DNA from: Bugula neritina
Taxonomy: Eukaryota > Animalia > Bryozoa
DNA length: 64,000 bases
Reading direction: 5' to 3'
NCBI GenBank assembly: GCA_964035545.1
Contig: OZ037771.1
Span: 9,355,408 to 9,419,407, forward strand
Made by a program: the position numbers and the translations under genes
Notes under the pieces: generated by a model
Databases searched by the model: none
Told to the model about the DNA's origin: nothing
Seen by the model: the letters and a program-made list of their open reading frames with translations, nothing else
Shown here: positions 47,701 to 62,700 of the stretch, piece by piece
Position numbering within the stretch: position 1 is the stretch's first letter
Layout: the number at the start of each line of letters is the position of its first letter

Positions 47701-50700
47701 GTATTACATATTTTTGTTTTATTTTTGCCTTTTATGTTGCAAACAATCATATCCAGAAATAAACTTTGGCTCATGTTGGTAGTTATGTGCTAGCCCGATG
47801 GAAACATACCCTCTCGTATATACTTGTTTGCTGTGTTTAAGATCGTTGGTCTATTCAATGCTATGGTTGGAAGCAGCCTAAGTTCTTGTTTCAATCAAAT
47901 GAAAGTGTTGACGAGACAGCCACTGACTTGTCCTTACAGCAGGAGCTGCCCATTACGGTAAGCACCTTTCTATATTACAGATCAGCTTGTATTTATTGCA
48001 TAGAATTTAGGCTAATTATAATGACGTAGTGTGTTATGCATATGTAGTCTACTCTCTGCATAGCTTCTATATAGTTTAGGTTAAGATGTGGGGGATACAT
48101 CGTATTGAGGCCGCAAAGGATGAAAAACATCTCTTGATCTCATGAAAGAACATCTCTTAATCAAAATCAATAAATTGAAGGCATGCATCAGAAAATATAT
48201 CAGAAATGTGTTTACAGTTAACTTACAAAGCAACACTTTATAAGGGTTAAGTTTAAGTGAAAGGAAATATGCTAGTGACATTTAAATTTACTTGTCAAAA
48301 GATTTCAGTATATAATTGTAAAATTAACCAATGTAGTTGCATATGTCGGATAGCAGAGAAATTCAAATAGCCTGAGGTTCTCTACTAATAAAGTGAAGGG
48401 AGGATATTTGGAATTTTCTCTTTGATAGAAACTCTGCTCCAGAGTTGGTGCTACTATCCTGATTGGTCAATAGAAAGCATTTCATTTTGTTGAGTGTCTG
48501 AGAGTTGTAATCATGGTGTGTGCAAGTTGTATTAATAGATGTGTGTATTTATACAAGTGTTTTAGTAGTAAATTACTTGTTCTATTTATACACCTTCATA
48601 ATATGGTGCTTGTGCTGTTTCATTGTTTGTATTAAGCTTCAACTATTGATATTTATTTTATGATGCTTCTGCTAACCTATATTTAAATAAATAATTCAGA
48701 GAATGCTGGCCCACTAGTGTATACATAGAGCACTAGTGTATACATAGAGCACTAGTGTATACATAGAGGTATCTGCTATAGCATAGTGCTATACACTCAG
48801 ATGAACATTGTAAACTTTACATGCTGTTTATTTTAACTAACATTTGTTAAGTAAATTTGATTATGTAAAGATTGTTGCACCTGGTGTGATAAAAACTCTG
48901 ATCTATGACTTGATTTCCAACTCATCCAAACTGCATTCACATTTTTTTCATTATAATATCCTTATTGTTTCTATGATATAATGAAAAACATGCAGCTCTG
49001 CCTCCTCAAAAGCATTATTTAAGTTCATTTTATATATTTGTTCAGTCAACTATTGCTGTAGTTCATACTTCAGGGCTTGTCTGTGAGTTGTCATTTCAGA
49101 TAGACGACTTCCAGTTAGACGACCAAATTCCAGTTAAATGACCCCTAATATTGCCTTAAGATATATGTGCAAATAGTATTAAAATTATATATTTGACTAC
49201 TTTAAACTTTGAAATTGAATGAATATAATTTAGAAAAATAGTCCAAAAAAATTATATTATTTCAAAAAATTTAGGCGGCTTATAGATAATGACTGCAGTT
49301 GAGTGTTAGAGCATTGGCTTCAATGAGTCATAATCTTATTCATGTGGCTTCAGTTATTTACCTATGCATAACTTCAGTTAAACGCCTGTGCACATGGATT
49401 CACATAAAATCAAAATAAATGCAACTTAGTATCAAATATCATTAATTTTTTAATTCCTAGTCTTTTTAAACAAAGTCATCTAAATGGAAGTCGTCCAGTT
49501 GGGGGAGAGGGGGTCGTCTAAGTGGAATAATTATATTGATGGTCGTGTCTGGAAGTCATCTATCTGAACTAAAACCGTCTGCTACACATGCCGTGTAAAT
49601 ATTAGACTTTTACTTTTTTACAGATATCCGATTCATTGGATTCTGAAGAAAGCTCTCTCTGGACGTTTGAAAGTTCTATGGCCGAATGTCTGCATAAAAT
49701 ACTCAGTTCTAATGATAACCTAACTGTGATAAACCACTCAAAGTGAGTCACTATTAATCTTAGTTCTAATGATAACCTAACTGTGATAAACCACTCCAAG
49801 TGAGTCACTATTACTCTCAGTTCTAATGATAACCTAACTGTGAGAAACCACTCCAAGTGAGTCACTATTACTCACTTTCAGTTATAATGATATCCTAAAT
49901 ATGTGATTTAGCACGCCAAGTGAGCCATTGGTGATTCTGATGACCTGGTCGACACTCTAAAATTGGCATAGTATAAAATGTTCAATATCTTTTATTTTCA
50001 CTGGTTTCAATCCTTAGGTAGGGGATCTATACTATAAAAAAGCCCTTGCCTTTCAAATATAATTTCACCTAATAATAATAATATAAAAATATATATAAAA
50101 AATAAAGTCAGGCTAGCATATTTTATCAATGCTGTTATTCATTGTTTCCACGTGATAAGCATGAAGACAAATTGTCAGCTCCATCAAAAAGCAGGTTTTC
50201 TGATGGCTCCACTTTTTATGAATTTTACGTCAATAACCATCAACAAATTTGTTTAGTTATTTCATATTTTAACTAGAGATGATATTTTTGTTGCTAATAT
50301 AAGCTGCAGCCAGGCTAATTGCTAATTTTCTAGATAATGAAATCTGACTGCTGGTAAAGATGGTGGTCTATATAATTGGCACAGTTGATAATTTTATCAA
50401 TAAATTTGTGGCTATGGCATACACGAATTGCTTGTATTACCAAGCTATTAGCAGAGGCTATTAACCCCACAACTCTAAATGCAGTTATTTAATCTGATAA
50501 TTTGAATGCCCAAAGGTTTTATCAGTCAACTGCTATATAATTGCCTACAGCAGCCATTGACCTTCAAAATTTGTCTATTGCGAGGCAGAGAGTTATCTTT
50601 CCTCAATACATTTTATATATTATTGCTTTGGTACTTCTACCACCAAACTGTTCAGAACTGTACCATAAAAATATTAGTATAAAGAATGAGTGTTATTTAT

Positions 50701-53700
50701 TCTCATTATACTAGCTTTGTGGGTGTATCACTTCTAGTTGTTTCCTTCATTCTAAGAAGCATAGCTACTTATTCATACTTTGCAATGCTATTACTTATTA
50801 GCACATGCTAATGTAGTGTGACATTTTACAGTCAGAAAAGTCTTGCAGTAGCTTTTACTAGTGACATTAGTATTTGTATTGTAGCTCACAGAAACTGCTG
50901 GGACTATTAGTTTTAACTTACTTACATGCAACACTGTACTCTGCCAAGCCTTATTCATACATAATATAGTTATGCTGAGCTATTCCAATACTTGTAGACT
51001 GTGGTGGACAGATGCCAATACAGTTGGGCAGATAACTCCAATCAATTTATAATTTTGTAGGTCACTCTGTATGATTGTGAATAGATTTCTTTCCCATCTC
51101 ATGTCCTTGGAGAAGCTCTCTAATTCAGCCAATGAGAAAACTGATTTAGATTCTCCTCTTAGTGACAAGTGCCACATTCTTCACGCCAAACTTGACAAAC
51201 TAGTGGATGCGTTGAATGATGTAGGAATTGGTTTAGTTATGATTTCCTATTTTGAGTTGCTAAGTTTGTAATTGCTGTTAATGTAACTAGAAACTCTGTA
51301 TTTCCAGTCTAGTTTGTTTTTTTAACTTACATCTTTAACTTACATCTCTAACTTACATTTCTAACTTTCATCTCTAACTTACATCTCTAACTTACATCTA
51401 TAGCTTTATACTATTTATGGAATTATTTGTAGACTAAAGTTCTAGCAGACCAATGCCAAAATTTGCCGTCTGCCCAACAAAGTGATGAACCAGTTGATCC
51501 ATCAGGTTCGGAAGTGATGGAAGACAAACCACCTAGCAATAAGGTTTTTTTGCAGTTTATTATATTTAAAATAGTAATGGCTTGATAGGTTTATATAGTT
51601 TTAACACACAGCTGTCTGAACAAAGCTAATGAGATGTTGAAAGTACTGGGTGTTGAGAGTAATATTTGTTATAGTTGAGTTAGTATTATCTAGTCCTGCA
51701 GTATTTTTCACTTATCCACTATTTCTTCATGTTTCAAAGCCAATCACTATGGTTGTTGAAGAGATCCAATCTATAAAAACAGGCAGAGCCAATTTGTAAT
51801 TGGCTTTGTTTCCAGTGGCTTGAATACATGAAGACAGCGAGCCTATGGCTTGTGCTCTTTGCTTGCAGGTTATAATGGACCCCGAGCAGTGTACTGAGAA
51901 GCTTATGTCACGAGCCAACAGTGTCAAGAAGGCTATCAAACAGATCATGGACCATACAGATGCTGGTAAGCCAAGAAGAGAAAACTTGTGCTAGGAGTTG
52001 ATAAAGTAATATATGAAGACTGGGATGGTTGTGTTATAGCACTGAGTTTGAAGTCATATGCTGTAGATGACGCGCACATGTGTAGCTACTCGACAGCACT
52101 ATCCTACACTCAAGCTTAATGATGTTTTTAATTGACTTTAGTTTTTAATATAAATTACCATCAAGCACGAGTTTAATTGAGAGGTACTCATGTGCTTCTT
52201 GTTTTTCTCTCAAGAGCATGTAATCAGGAATAAGGTCATATACTCTTGGCAAAATCTTCCTCATCAATGAAAGTTTTAAGCTACTAACAGTTTTTCAGCA
52301 CTAATGGGAAAAAACTTTCAGGTATTGCAATTGGGTCATTTTACTTTATTTAGTGCACATCAGCAAATTAGGGCCAAAAGTTGAATTTTACTCAAAATTC
52401 ATGAAAACTTACTATATGGGATAATTGTAACTGCTGATTCTAAATATGTATAGCAACAACAGCTGGGAGGGGTTCTGCAACATCATTGTCATATGAGCTA
52501 AATATATATACAGATTGTGATGAAAAAAAGCCAGCACAACAATCTACGTTTTTCACTAAAAAATGTTAGGAAAAACTATAGAAAATCAAGCAAAATTAGC
52601 AAAAAAAAACTCGATTACATCATATCCAGTCGTATTGTTAATATTTTATCAGTTTAGTGCCGAAAGCCATATACATTGTGAAAAATAGCTAAAACCAGAG
52701 TTACAGAGTGTGTATTAAATTAAGCAAAATGACTCAATTACTTTTTTTCAATCTTATATATTTAGCGATTTAAGAATAATAATTCAATATTTTCACAGCG
52801 GTTACCATGACGATATCGTCAAACGTTATGCCGTCAGCTAACTCGACGCAGTCACATTCCAAAGCTGACTTGTCAGTCGACACAGTGTCTACTGAAACGT
52901 CTGGTTGTGAGGGAGAAGTAGAGAAATTTCTTCTGTCTAATGATGTGCTTCCTTCCCAGTCTCAAGGTTGGTCAACACCAAGCAATGTCACTTACTGTGT
53001 GCCTTTTTGGAAAACATACTAGATCGATTATTGAGAGTTGTCATGTCTAGAAATTGGCTGATTTAAAGAATGCATTACTTTATCAAAAACTGTAGAACTT
53101 TGGGTGATCTCTGCACTTATTGAAACGATTTTCCAGAACATTTGATCAATCAATCAGTGGTATTTTCATAAAAATCATGGAACTGATATTATGCAGATAA
53201 ATATCTTTGCCACAGCTTTCTGACTTAAACATGGCATGAGGGCTGACAACTCCTGTGTCTATACACCGTTCTTAGTATTGCACATTTACAAAAAATTTCT
53301 TGGGTTTTGTTTTTTAGACTCGCTATCACCAAGAAGGAAAATAAGTGCAGTGAGTACTTTTGCTCAGAAATCGGGCTGTGATTCTGGAACTAACTCTGCA
53401 TGCAGTTCTCAGTCTACGGTTAAATCCAGCTCCTTGAGAGGTACCAGTACTCTTATTCACACAATGCAGTGCATGCTCAGACTACTCGCTCAGCATATAG
53501 CCCTACATGTGCTATAATATAATTTGTGATTTATATTCTACCTCTTGCAGTCAAGAACTCTATAGCCCATAAGCTGGAAGGTGGTGGGAGTTTCATTAGT
53601 AAAATGCTACTTGCCAACGCAGATGCTATTTGTGCCCCTGTAGTACCACCATTTGATGATGAGGCTTTTTTGTAAGTATACTAACAGAATAAAATATTCA

Positions 53701-56700
53701 GCAAGTTTAGGGGTTTTGCGCTTTTTTCAGCAGTGTGTATCTGATGTGTTTGCAGACATTGCTGGTAAATGTATATAAGCTTGCTGTTTCACAACTATTT
53801 CATTAGTAAAAAGTGATATGGAGAATTTCTTATAACATGTCGCTGTCATTTGAAGTGTCAGATCATAACAACTAAAATTGACCTGGAGTTCATCATTAGA
53901 GAGAAGGTCATGGCACATCAGGCTGCGGAGATATTTTATATGTAAACTGGAACAAATATAATAATCATAATATAGAAGCAAGTTACACACGTACAAATTC
54001 TATTCTATTTTCTCTTATCTCCGCTTTGTCCTGTTCGGGTAGCGGGTGGCTGCCGGAGGTTTAGCTCAATTAGGCTTCTTCACCTAACCGTGTCCTGGGT
54101 GTCCTCTTTATTGTGGGAACAGGATTCGAGGTCTTTTCTGATTGTGTCGTGCCATCTATGCTTTGGGCGTCCCCGGTTTCTCTTTCCTGCAACTTTCATC
54201 TCATGCACTCCTCTCATATCATCCTCTTTCTATTTTCTGCATATATGCAACTGTAGCTTCCTTTTTCTCACCAGTTCTAACACATTCATTACTTTCGCTT
54301 CTTGCCTTATGCTTTCGTTGGTCTTGTGCTCTTCAAGAGTAATTTCTAGGCAGTAGCGTAGCATTCTCATCTCGCATATGCTCATTCTCTCCGCAAGGTA
54401 ATCAGTCACTGGCCATGTTTTCGATCCGTATAGTAGCACCGGTTTTATTACTGTCTTGTAAATGAGGACTTTGAGTCTCTTTGGGACTTTCTGGTCACAC
54501 AAACTCCTGGTCAGCTCCCTCCATTTATCCCAGGCTCTGCCAATGCGCACTTGCACCTCTGTCCTGGTGGATAGCTTATACACGTAAAAATAGTTTATCT
54601 TTATTGTTTATTAAAAGAGTTGAAAGGTCATGCTGGTGATAAACTTAAAATACCCAAAGTTCAAGAATCTAGTTGACATAGTTAACATGAGACTAGTTTG
54701 AGTTTATTAAAATAATAGTCAATTTTTTAGTTTACTCAAGTCATCTTCAGACTGTAAAATAAATTGAGTAGAAAACTTAGTGTATGTTTTATAAAGTTGG
54801 AGTATACCTCTCATAATTTTATTCACAAAGGAACTTTTCGTCCAAGATAACATTTTTAAGTAGCTTTTGTGTTTTGTGATGACAATTTATTTTGGTGCAT
54901 CTTTTAATTGTTGCAGTTTTCATTAGTAAAATTTGAGTAGTATTTGTAGATCTGGGTTTGAAGAGAAGTCTGTTATGAATAACTACTTTGGTATAGGAAT
55001 AGATGCTAAAATCAACCTGGATTTCTGCACTCAACGACACAACCACCCTGAAAGATTCCGGTACTAACCAAGATATGTCGTATAGCTCATTAGAGTGATA
55101 GATCAATCAATTAATAGATCAATAAGTTGATAAATCAAGAAATATAATTTATGTTATCATATATATTCGATTGTGTTTAGATTGAAACTTATTAATTATA
55201 ATCTTTCATGTTAATAATGAAACAAAATAAGTTTGTGTAATTTGAGCCAAGGATGAAAAACCTTTCTTCAGTAGTGGTAGAATCTTTACACTATCAACTC
55301 TGAGCAGTGTGGAGTGAGTCATTATTCATTGAATTTCTAGGCTAACTTCTCAATAAAATCTATTGTATTATGATGCCCCTATGAGTTACTAGTTATTTTA
55401 TTTTTAATGGTTGAAGGAGTCGTGCCAGGAATTTCATCACTTTTGCATCTTTGGGTGGAAAAGAAGTTTTAACAGGAAGTAAATCATATCGTAACTTTGA
55501 AAAGAGGATTCGATTAGAATGTGATGGTCAATCGCTGCCTTTGCCAAATCTCCAAGGAATAGTCATTCTCAATATACCGAGCTATAGTGGGGGGACAAAT
55601 TTTTGGGGGCCCCACAGTTCAGCATCGAGTGAGGTATCTGTGCTAAAAAAGTCACCAATGTGCATGCATTATGTTATGTGTGTATCCTGCTGTATATTTC
55701 TGCGTAGCATCTATTATCTCTTTAATGTTGTTTAATTGTAAGTAAACAACTACATGCATGTCGTGTGTTAATTGTCTGTAATATTTCTAACATTTATGTA
55801 TTTCAGCCATTCACAGCCCCATCCTTTGATGACAAGATCATGGAGGTCATGGCCGTTTATAGTAGCGTAGATATCGGTGTGTCTAGGTTTATCAATCTAC
55901 AGTACCATTACCGGCGCATAGCTCAGGTGAGATTTGTATTTATAATATGAATATATAATACACACCATACTTCTTGTAATACATTGAATATAGAGGTAAT
56001 ACTAGTATAGTAATACACACCATACTCTCTGCAATGTGCAAATGAAACAGCATACCTGGAAATGAATGAGTGTTTTGATATTTCATTGAGTTAGTGAGTT
56101 CGTTGTGAATTGTAAAAGATCAGTTGAATGATTGATTGCAGTAAATTCTAGTTCTCGTGTCAGAAGGAGGTTGGTCTCACGTGGCTCTTAAGACACAGAG
56201 GGGTGACACCTCACAGGGTGACACCTCACAGGTGTGACACCTCACAGCAGAGCTAGTGTTAATAGAGCGAGGGATAAGTTATTTCAGGAAATTGAATATG
56301 CCGTGAGATGTGGCAGTGAGCGTATATCAATATTTGTCCAGTCTGTTTAGTTCTATTAGAAGAACCTACAAATTCACTGCTCTGTGATATGCCTGTAGTG
56401 TCGGACGGTGAAGTTAACTATACTAGGAGATGACCCGGTGCCCGTCCATGTTGATGGCGAGGGGTGGTTACAGAGTCCCGGCTTTATCATGATTAGTCAC
56501 AAGAATCGAGCTCAGATGCTGACTAGAGACAGGGTAGCTTTTTTCTAATGCTTCTTGTTTTACTTTTATCTAAATATTATTGTTGTTATTGTGATGCTGT
56601 TAGGATGCTGTGGAAAAGGTGTAATGAAAAAAGTTGAAAAGTTGAATTTTTTAAAATTTGAATTTTTGCATTCATTGTGCACTGAATTTTAGAATAGTGA

Positions 56701-59700
56701 AATGCTTGCTATACCAGCTGTTACAGCTGCACGTACTCATCGGATTTTTTATTGAAGAATTTTGAGAATGCTCTCAAGTCTTGGTCTGAGAGGCAGTGTA
56801 AGGAGAGGTTGCTCGCCCCCACCCCGACTCACATCAGTGAACCTCAGAGTACAGGCTTGACTTCTGCTTCTTCTCAGTCTTCAAGTGGCGATGCAGACGT
56901 GCAAATGCAGAAGTTGGTGCAGGTGACCAGAGAGTTGGTAGATTGCGTGAGTTTCACATTATGTGCATACAAACACACACGCACGCATACACACACACAC
57001 ACACATGCGCGCGCGCACACACACAGGCACTCTATGAAGTAACATATTATTGTATTGTGCACAATGCAGCATCTTTGTAAATATTAAACAGGGGACTATA
57101 ATATTGTTGAGAGACAACACCTGAAAACTTTTACGTATAAATGAAGATAATGTCGCTCTACAAGGATATACATGTTTTACAGATTAGATCCATGCATCAT
57201 ATGCAGATAACTCCTAACAAAAGAACACTTAATAAATGTGGCGAGTTTATATCATTGGATGATGTAAGTGTCTTATTTATTCTACCCTTCTTATTATTAT
57301 CTGCATATCACTTGAATATTGATTTCTATATTTATCTCATTTACAAACTATTTCCTGTGCCCAGAGACCATTTTGTTTGTGTGGCTAGGCAACTCAAGCT
57401 GGACTGCAGGAACTGCCGCTGTGTTCTACAGAGCTTTGTTCTGAAGTTCAGGACTTGCTGCTCGCTTATTCTAGTGTAAGACATCATTGCCTTATATATT
57501 ATATATTAGTAACTCTCCTGTGAGACATCATTGCCTCATATATTATATATTAGTAACTCTCCTGTGAGACATCATTGCCTCATATATTATATATTAGTAA
57601 CTTTATTGTGAGACGTCTTTGCCTCATATATTATATATTAGTAACTCTACTGTGAGACATCATTGCATTGTATTTTATATATTAGTAACTCTACTGTGAG
57701 ACATCATTGCCTCATATATTATATATTAGTAACTTTATTGTGAGACATCATTGCCTTATATATTATATATTAGTAACTCTACTGTGAGACATCATTGCCT
57801 CATATATTATATATTAGTAACTCTATTGTGAGACATCATTGCCTTATATATTATATATTAATAACTCTACTGTAAGATACCATTGCATTATAAATTATAT
57901 ATTAGTAGCTCTACTGTAAGACACCATTGCATTATGAATTATATATTAGTAGCTCTACTGTGAGACATCATTGCATTGTATATTATATATTAGTAGCTCT
58001 ACTGTGAGGCATCATTGCATTATATATTAAATATTAGTAACTCTACTGTGAGACATCATTGCATTATATATTATATATTAGTAGCTCTACTGTAAGACAC
58101 CATTGCATTATATATTATATATTAGTAACTCTACTGTAAGACATCATTGCATTGTATATTATATATTAGTAGCTCTACTGTGAGACATCATTGCATTGTA
58201 TATTGTATATTAGTAACTCTACTGTAAGACATCATTGCATTATATATTATATATTAGTAGCTCTACTGTGAGACATCATTGCATTGTATATTATATATTA
58301 GTAGCTCTACTGTAAGAAATCATTGCATTGTATACTATATATTAGTAGCTCTACTGTGAGACATCATTGCATTGTATATTATATATTAGTAGCTCTACTG
58401 TAAGACATCATTGCATTGTATACTATATATTAGTAGCTCTACTGTGAGACATCATTGCATTATATATTATATATTAGTAGCTCTACTGTGAGACATCATT
58501 GCATTGTATATTATATATTAGTAACTCTACTGTAAAACATCATTGCATTATATATTATATATTAGTAGCTCTACTGTGAGACATCATTGCATTGTATATT
58601 ATATATTAGTAGCTCTACTGTGAGACACCATTGCATTATATATTATATATTAGTAGCTCTACTGTGAGACATCATTGCATTATATATTATATATTAGTAG
58701 CTCTACTGTAAGACATCATTGCATTGTATACTATATATTAGTAGCTCTACTGTGAGACATCATTGCATTGTATACTATATATTAGTAACTCTACTTATAG
58801 CGCTCTACTCACGAAGCAGAGTCAAAGAGCTTACAGAAGCTCAGAGCTGCTTTGCTGAAGACGCAAGAGGAATTGGAGAGGTTCAATCAACAGACACGAG
58901 TCACTCCAGTCGCCCACCAGAAACATCGCTATGGTGGACCATTCAGTAAAATCGGCAAACTGATGCGTATCCGGAGAAGGAGCTCTGCCACCTCTAACAA
59001 AAGTGCCTCTTCTTTAGCCGGTAAGTCTTTCGCTGTCTCTTCTTACGTTTGATTAGTTTGGGAAGTTGAAAAATACTGCTTCTTATGTTGTGGACAACAG
59101 CTAAACCTTGTATGCAGATGTTGTTATATGTAGTTTGAAAGTGATGACTCGTGTTGCATGGAGTTATTTTTCCTTGTTTTAACTTGTGTTACAAAAATGC
59201 ATTACTATGTGGCAGCCTGCAGAATGTTGTTTTCCATGACCTTTGCAAATACATGACATATACTAGTTTGAACAGTTATTTGTGTTATTTGTGCAGTTGT
59301 CACCTCTTGATTAATCTGACATTTTCTAGAATCTCCACTGTAAAATATAATAATAAAGGTAATGTGTGTAGATAATAATTTAGTGTTTCTAATTTTAACA
59401 TTTCCTTTATTTGTATACTTCTATTTAGAATTTCTTAACCAGCAAATAACCAATAACTGTTTTATTGGTAGCATAAGATTTAGTTACTAGTTGTCTCATC
59501 TTTTGTATTTAATCTCATTATTATTTGTGTGTGCAGTTTTATGCGTTGGATATTGTTTTCTTGTGTTGTGTGAATAACCATCAAACAGTTATCTGAGTAA
59601 ATCTTTTTATTGCCAAATGTCATATTGCAATTTGTTTGAAATCTGGGCATTTATTTATTGTTATTTCAGATTTTTATGTTTATTTGAATAATGTTTTAAA

Positions 59701-62700
59701 GAGTAACATTAGTAATGAAATTATAACTTGAAGTATTTTCATGTAAAAACGTCAATAAGTTTTCACATCCATTCCCACATGTTGACATCACAAATCCCCT
59801 GCATGTCAGTTTGACAATGAACTGACTTTAACCTCAGATTTTTTGCCTTATATTCAAACTTATAAATTTCTAGTTTGATAACATTTCATTATATTCCTGT
59901 AACTTTAAAACCATTTAGTCACTCTTTTAGATTTATTTATTTTGTTGCTTGTCTCCTCCTAACAATATTGAATCTTTGCTCTCTGGGTTTTGTTTTGCTA
60001 TGTGTTTAATTTGTTTCAGAAGCTATTGTTAAGCAGTGGAGCACCACTGAGGTGGGCACTTGGTTGGACACAATTGGTCTCGGAGAATATTCCAGATTGT
60101 TTGTTGGGAATGACATTCGAGGTGTTGAGCTCTTGCAGCTGCAGCGACAAGACTTCAAGGTGAGTGTCAGTAGGTGACAGTTGGGTGTTGCCATGGCAAC
60201 AAGTAGAAAAACTATGTGATGTCACAAACCTGTTTCTGCTAGATTTGCACTGGCAAGCTTATGCTAAATGCTCTCTATATATTGTGCTAAATAGTATAAT
60301 AGAGTTTAGTATTATATAGTACAGTGTGATATGAATTATGATGTAATATAGTATAATATAGTGTTCAATAGTATAACTTCTCACCTGTCCCCACTTTGTA
60401 CTGTACCAGTTGTGAATGCTTGCCAAAGATCAAAAGCCTCCAGAAATTTCCATCAGGCCGTATGCTGAGTATCTTTTTGCTTTAAGCCACATACTTCAGG
60501 GTCTTCCTAGTGATGTCTTTCCATCTATGCATTTACCACGAGTTCTCTTTCCTCCCTATTGCATAGATTTCATTACTCTCTTGATATCCTCCTTTCTATT
60601 TCTCCAGCATACATTTCCCAACCACTCTAGCCTTCTTTTCCTCATCAGTTCAGTTATATTTATGGCATGTGCTTCTTCTCTGATGCCCTTCTTTGTCCCA
60701 AACTCTTCCAGACTAGTTCCTAGGAAGTGCCTCAGCATTCTCATCTCACAGACCCCAACCCTCCCTGTCAAGTGATCCGTTACTGGCCATGTCTCACTTC
60801 TATACAACAACACTGGGCGTCTTATTGCTCTGTAGATAAGCATCTTCAATATTTTAGGGACGTTTATTGTCACACACCACATCTTCCAATTTTCACCATT
60901 TATTCAGACCCTGTTAATATGCAACCCTCAGTTTAGAGCTGCCATCTTGGTGAATAGCAGTTCCAAGACATTTGATGGTTGTGCATTGATTCAAGCTAGC
61001 ATACTATCTCTTAGTGTAGGGCCACACAATGTGGGTCTAAATGCATTAAAATTCATTGCGGGAACGACATGCCACATACAGTGCGTTGGCTGAGGGTACG
61101 AAAATTTATTAGCTAATGATATTGGCATTAAACTTTACTGCTCACCTACAGGCAATTATTTTTAAACCTACAGCAAAGTGATTTTAGATATTATAAAAAC
61201 AGAAAATGCAAACTATAGGAAAATGTTTTAATTCAGTTTGCTAAAAATTAAACTGCGTATTAAAACACAAAAAGTGTGCTCGCTAATGGCAACCAGCCAA
61301 TTAGATCAAACCCGCACAAGCTTTCAGCACAGCCCGCTCAGCATTTTATCCACGTGAAATCTGTCTGAAATCCACACACAACAGCCCATTTTGGGCTAGA
61401 CTGATTTTCTACATGTTGTTCGTGTGGGAAATTCGTGTCACGTGGCCTTACGCTTAAGTAGTGTTTATACCTCTGCTGAAAAAAATACCCAGTTTCAGTT
61501 AATAACGCTTGTCCCCGTACCCCTCTATAGTCAAACTGAAAATTGTTGAAATCGTATTAATTCGGAAGCTTACTTTCTAAAAGTGAAATCTGACTCGCCT
61601 AATCGCTATCTGATGCCCTTTGAAAACGTTGTGAATTAGTGAAGTTGATAACATAAAAGCGATAATTGAGAAGGCGTAGATATATTATTAACATACAAGT
61701 ACGTCATTTAGTCGCCAAAGTCATAATTAAATAACGGTGTTTACAAAGAATTATTGCTCCTTTTGAGTATTATTCTGAGCTCGGCCGATTAAGTTATCAC
61801 AGTACACAATTTTTACAAGTGGCTTTTACAATGCAATGCAACTCGGAGAAATTTCAACTCGGCCAAATTGAATTTCTGACTGAAAATTGTGAAAGTATAA
61901 ACGCAATTATAGCCTGCTGTCTGCATACTTCCCACTCCTTCTAGTCATCTCCATTTGCCAATTTGTATATTTTCTTAAGGTCATTCACTTCTAGGTGTTA
62001 ATACAACTTCTCGTATCTTTGCCCCTTGGCCACTGCACACTTATCTTTACAGATCTTATTCATTATGCTCAAGGTTTCCCTGTCCTCTGCCCCTGATCTT
62101 TCTCATCTTTTAAAGGCATGTTTTTGGTTCTTTCTAGCAGCTTCTAGCACTTTTCCCTCTACCACCATGACTCCTGAACATGCTTTTCATCTCTGCTCAC
62201 TTCAATTTTGAAGAGTATAATACGCTTGTGCCATTTAACATAATATCATTTTATATACAATATTGCAGCGTGGTGTAGTATAATGTAGTATGATATAGAA
62301 TAATATGATTTGAAAAATGTAATATATACTGCTGTGCACTGTAAAATAGTACATTATAGTTTATTATTGTATAATACAATGTGATCTAGTCTGCTATTGC
62401 ATAATAAAGTGTGGTGCGGTGTAATATGTAGCGATACCTACAGTATAGGAGAAACTTCTAGGTGTTAATATTCTCTATTTTTACAAACCCTTAAACTTAC
62501 TCTGTTTTGACAGACTAGCTTCTTTTAGCTTTGAATACTTGGATTGTAATTTTTTGCATTTAGTTCCAGTTTGGCATTCAGACTGCTGCTGGTAGTATTT
62601 GTCAAAGTCTTTTGACACTTTTACTAAGGCTCAAAATAGTCTTAAAAACATCAAACATTTAGCATCTATTAATGTTATTCTTCTTTGTATGGGTATATTC

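Larger units (their letters stand above)
60380..62210 (-). mobile_element. Older RTE-clade LINE remnant, internally deleted and interrupted by MITEs
   Basis: [34 protein letters not shown] at 60556-60882; KCLGT (FKYLG-like) near 60965; decayed SWW..KHAFKR segment at ~62110-62170. Confidence 0.75.
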
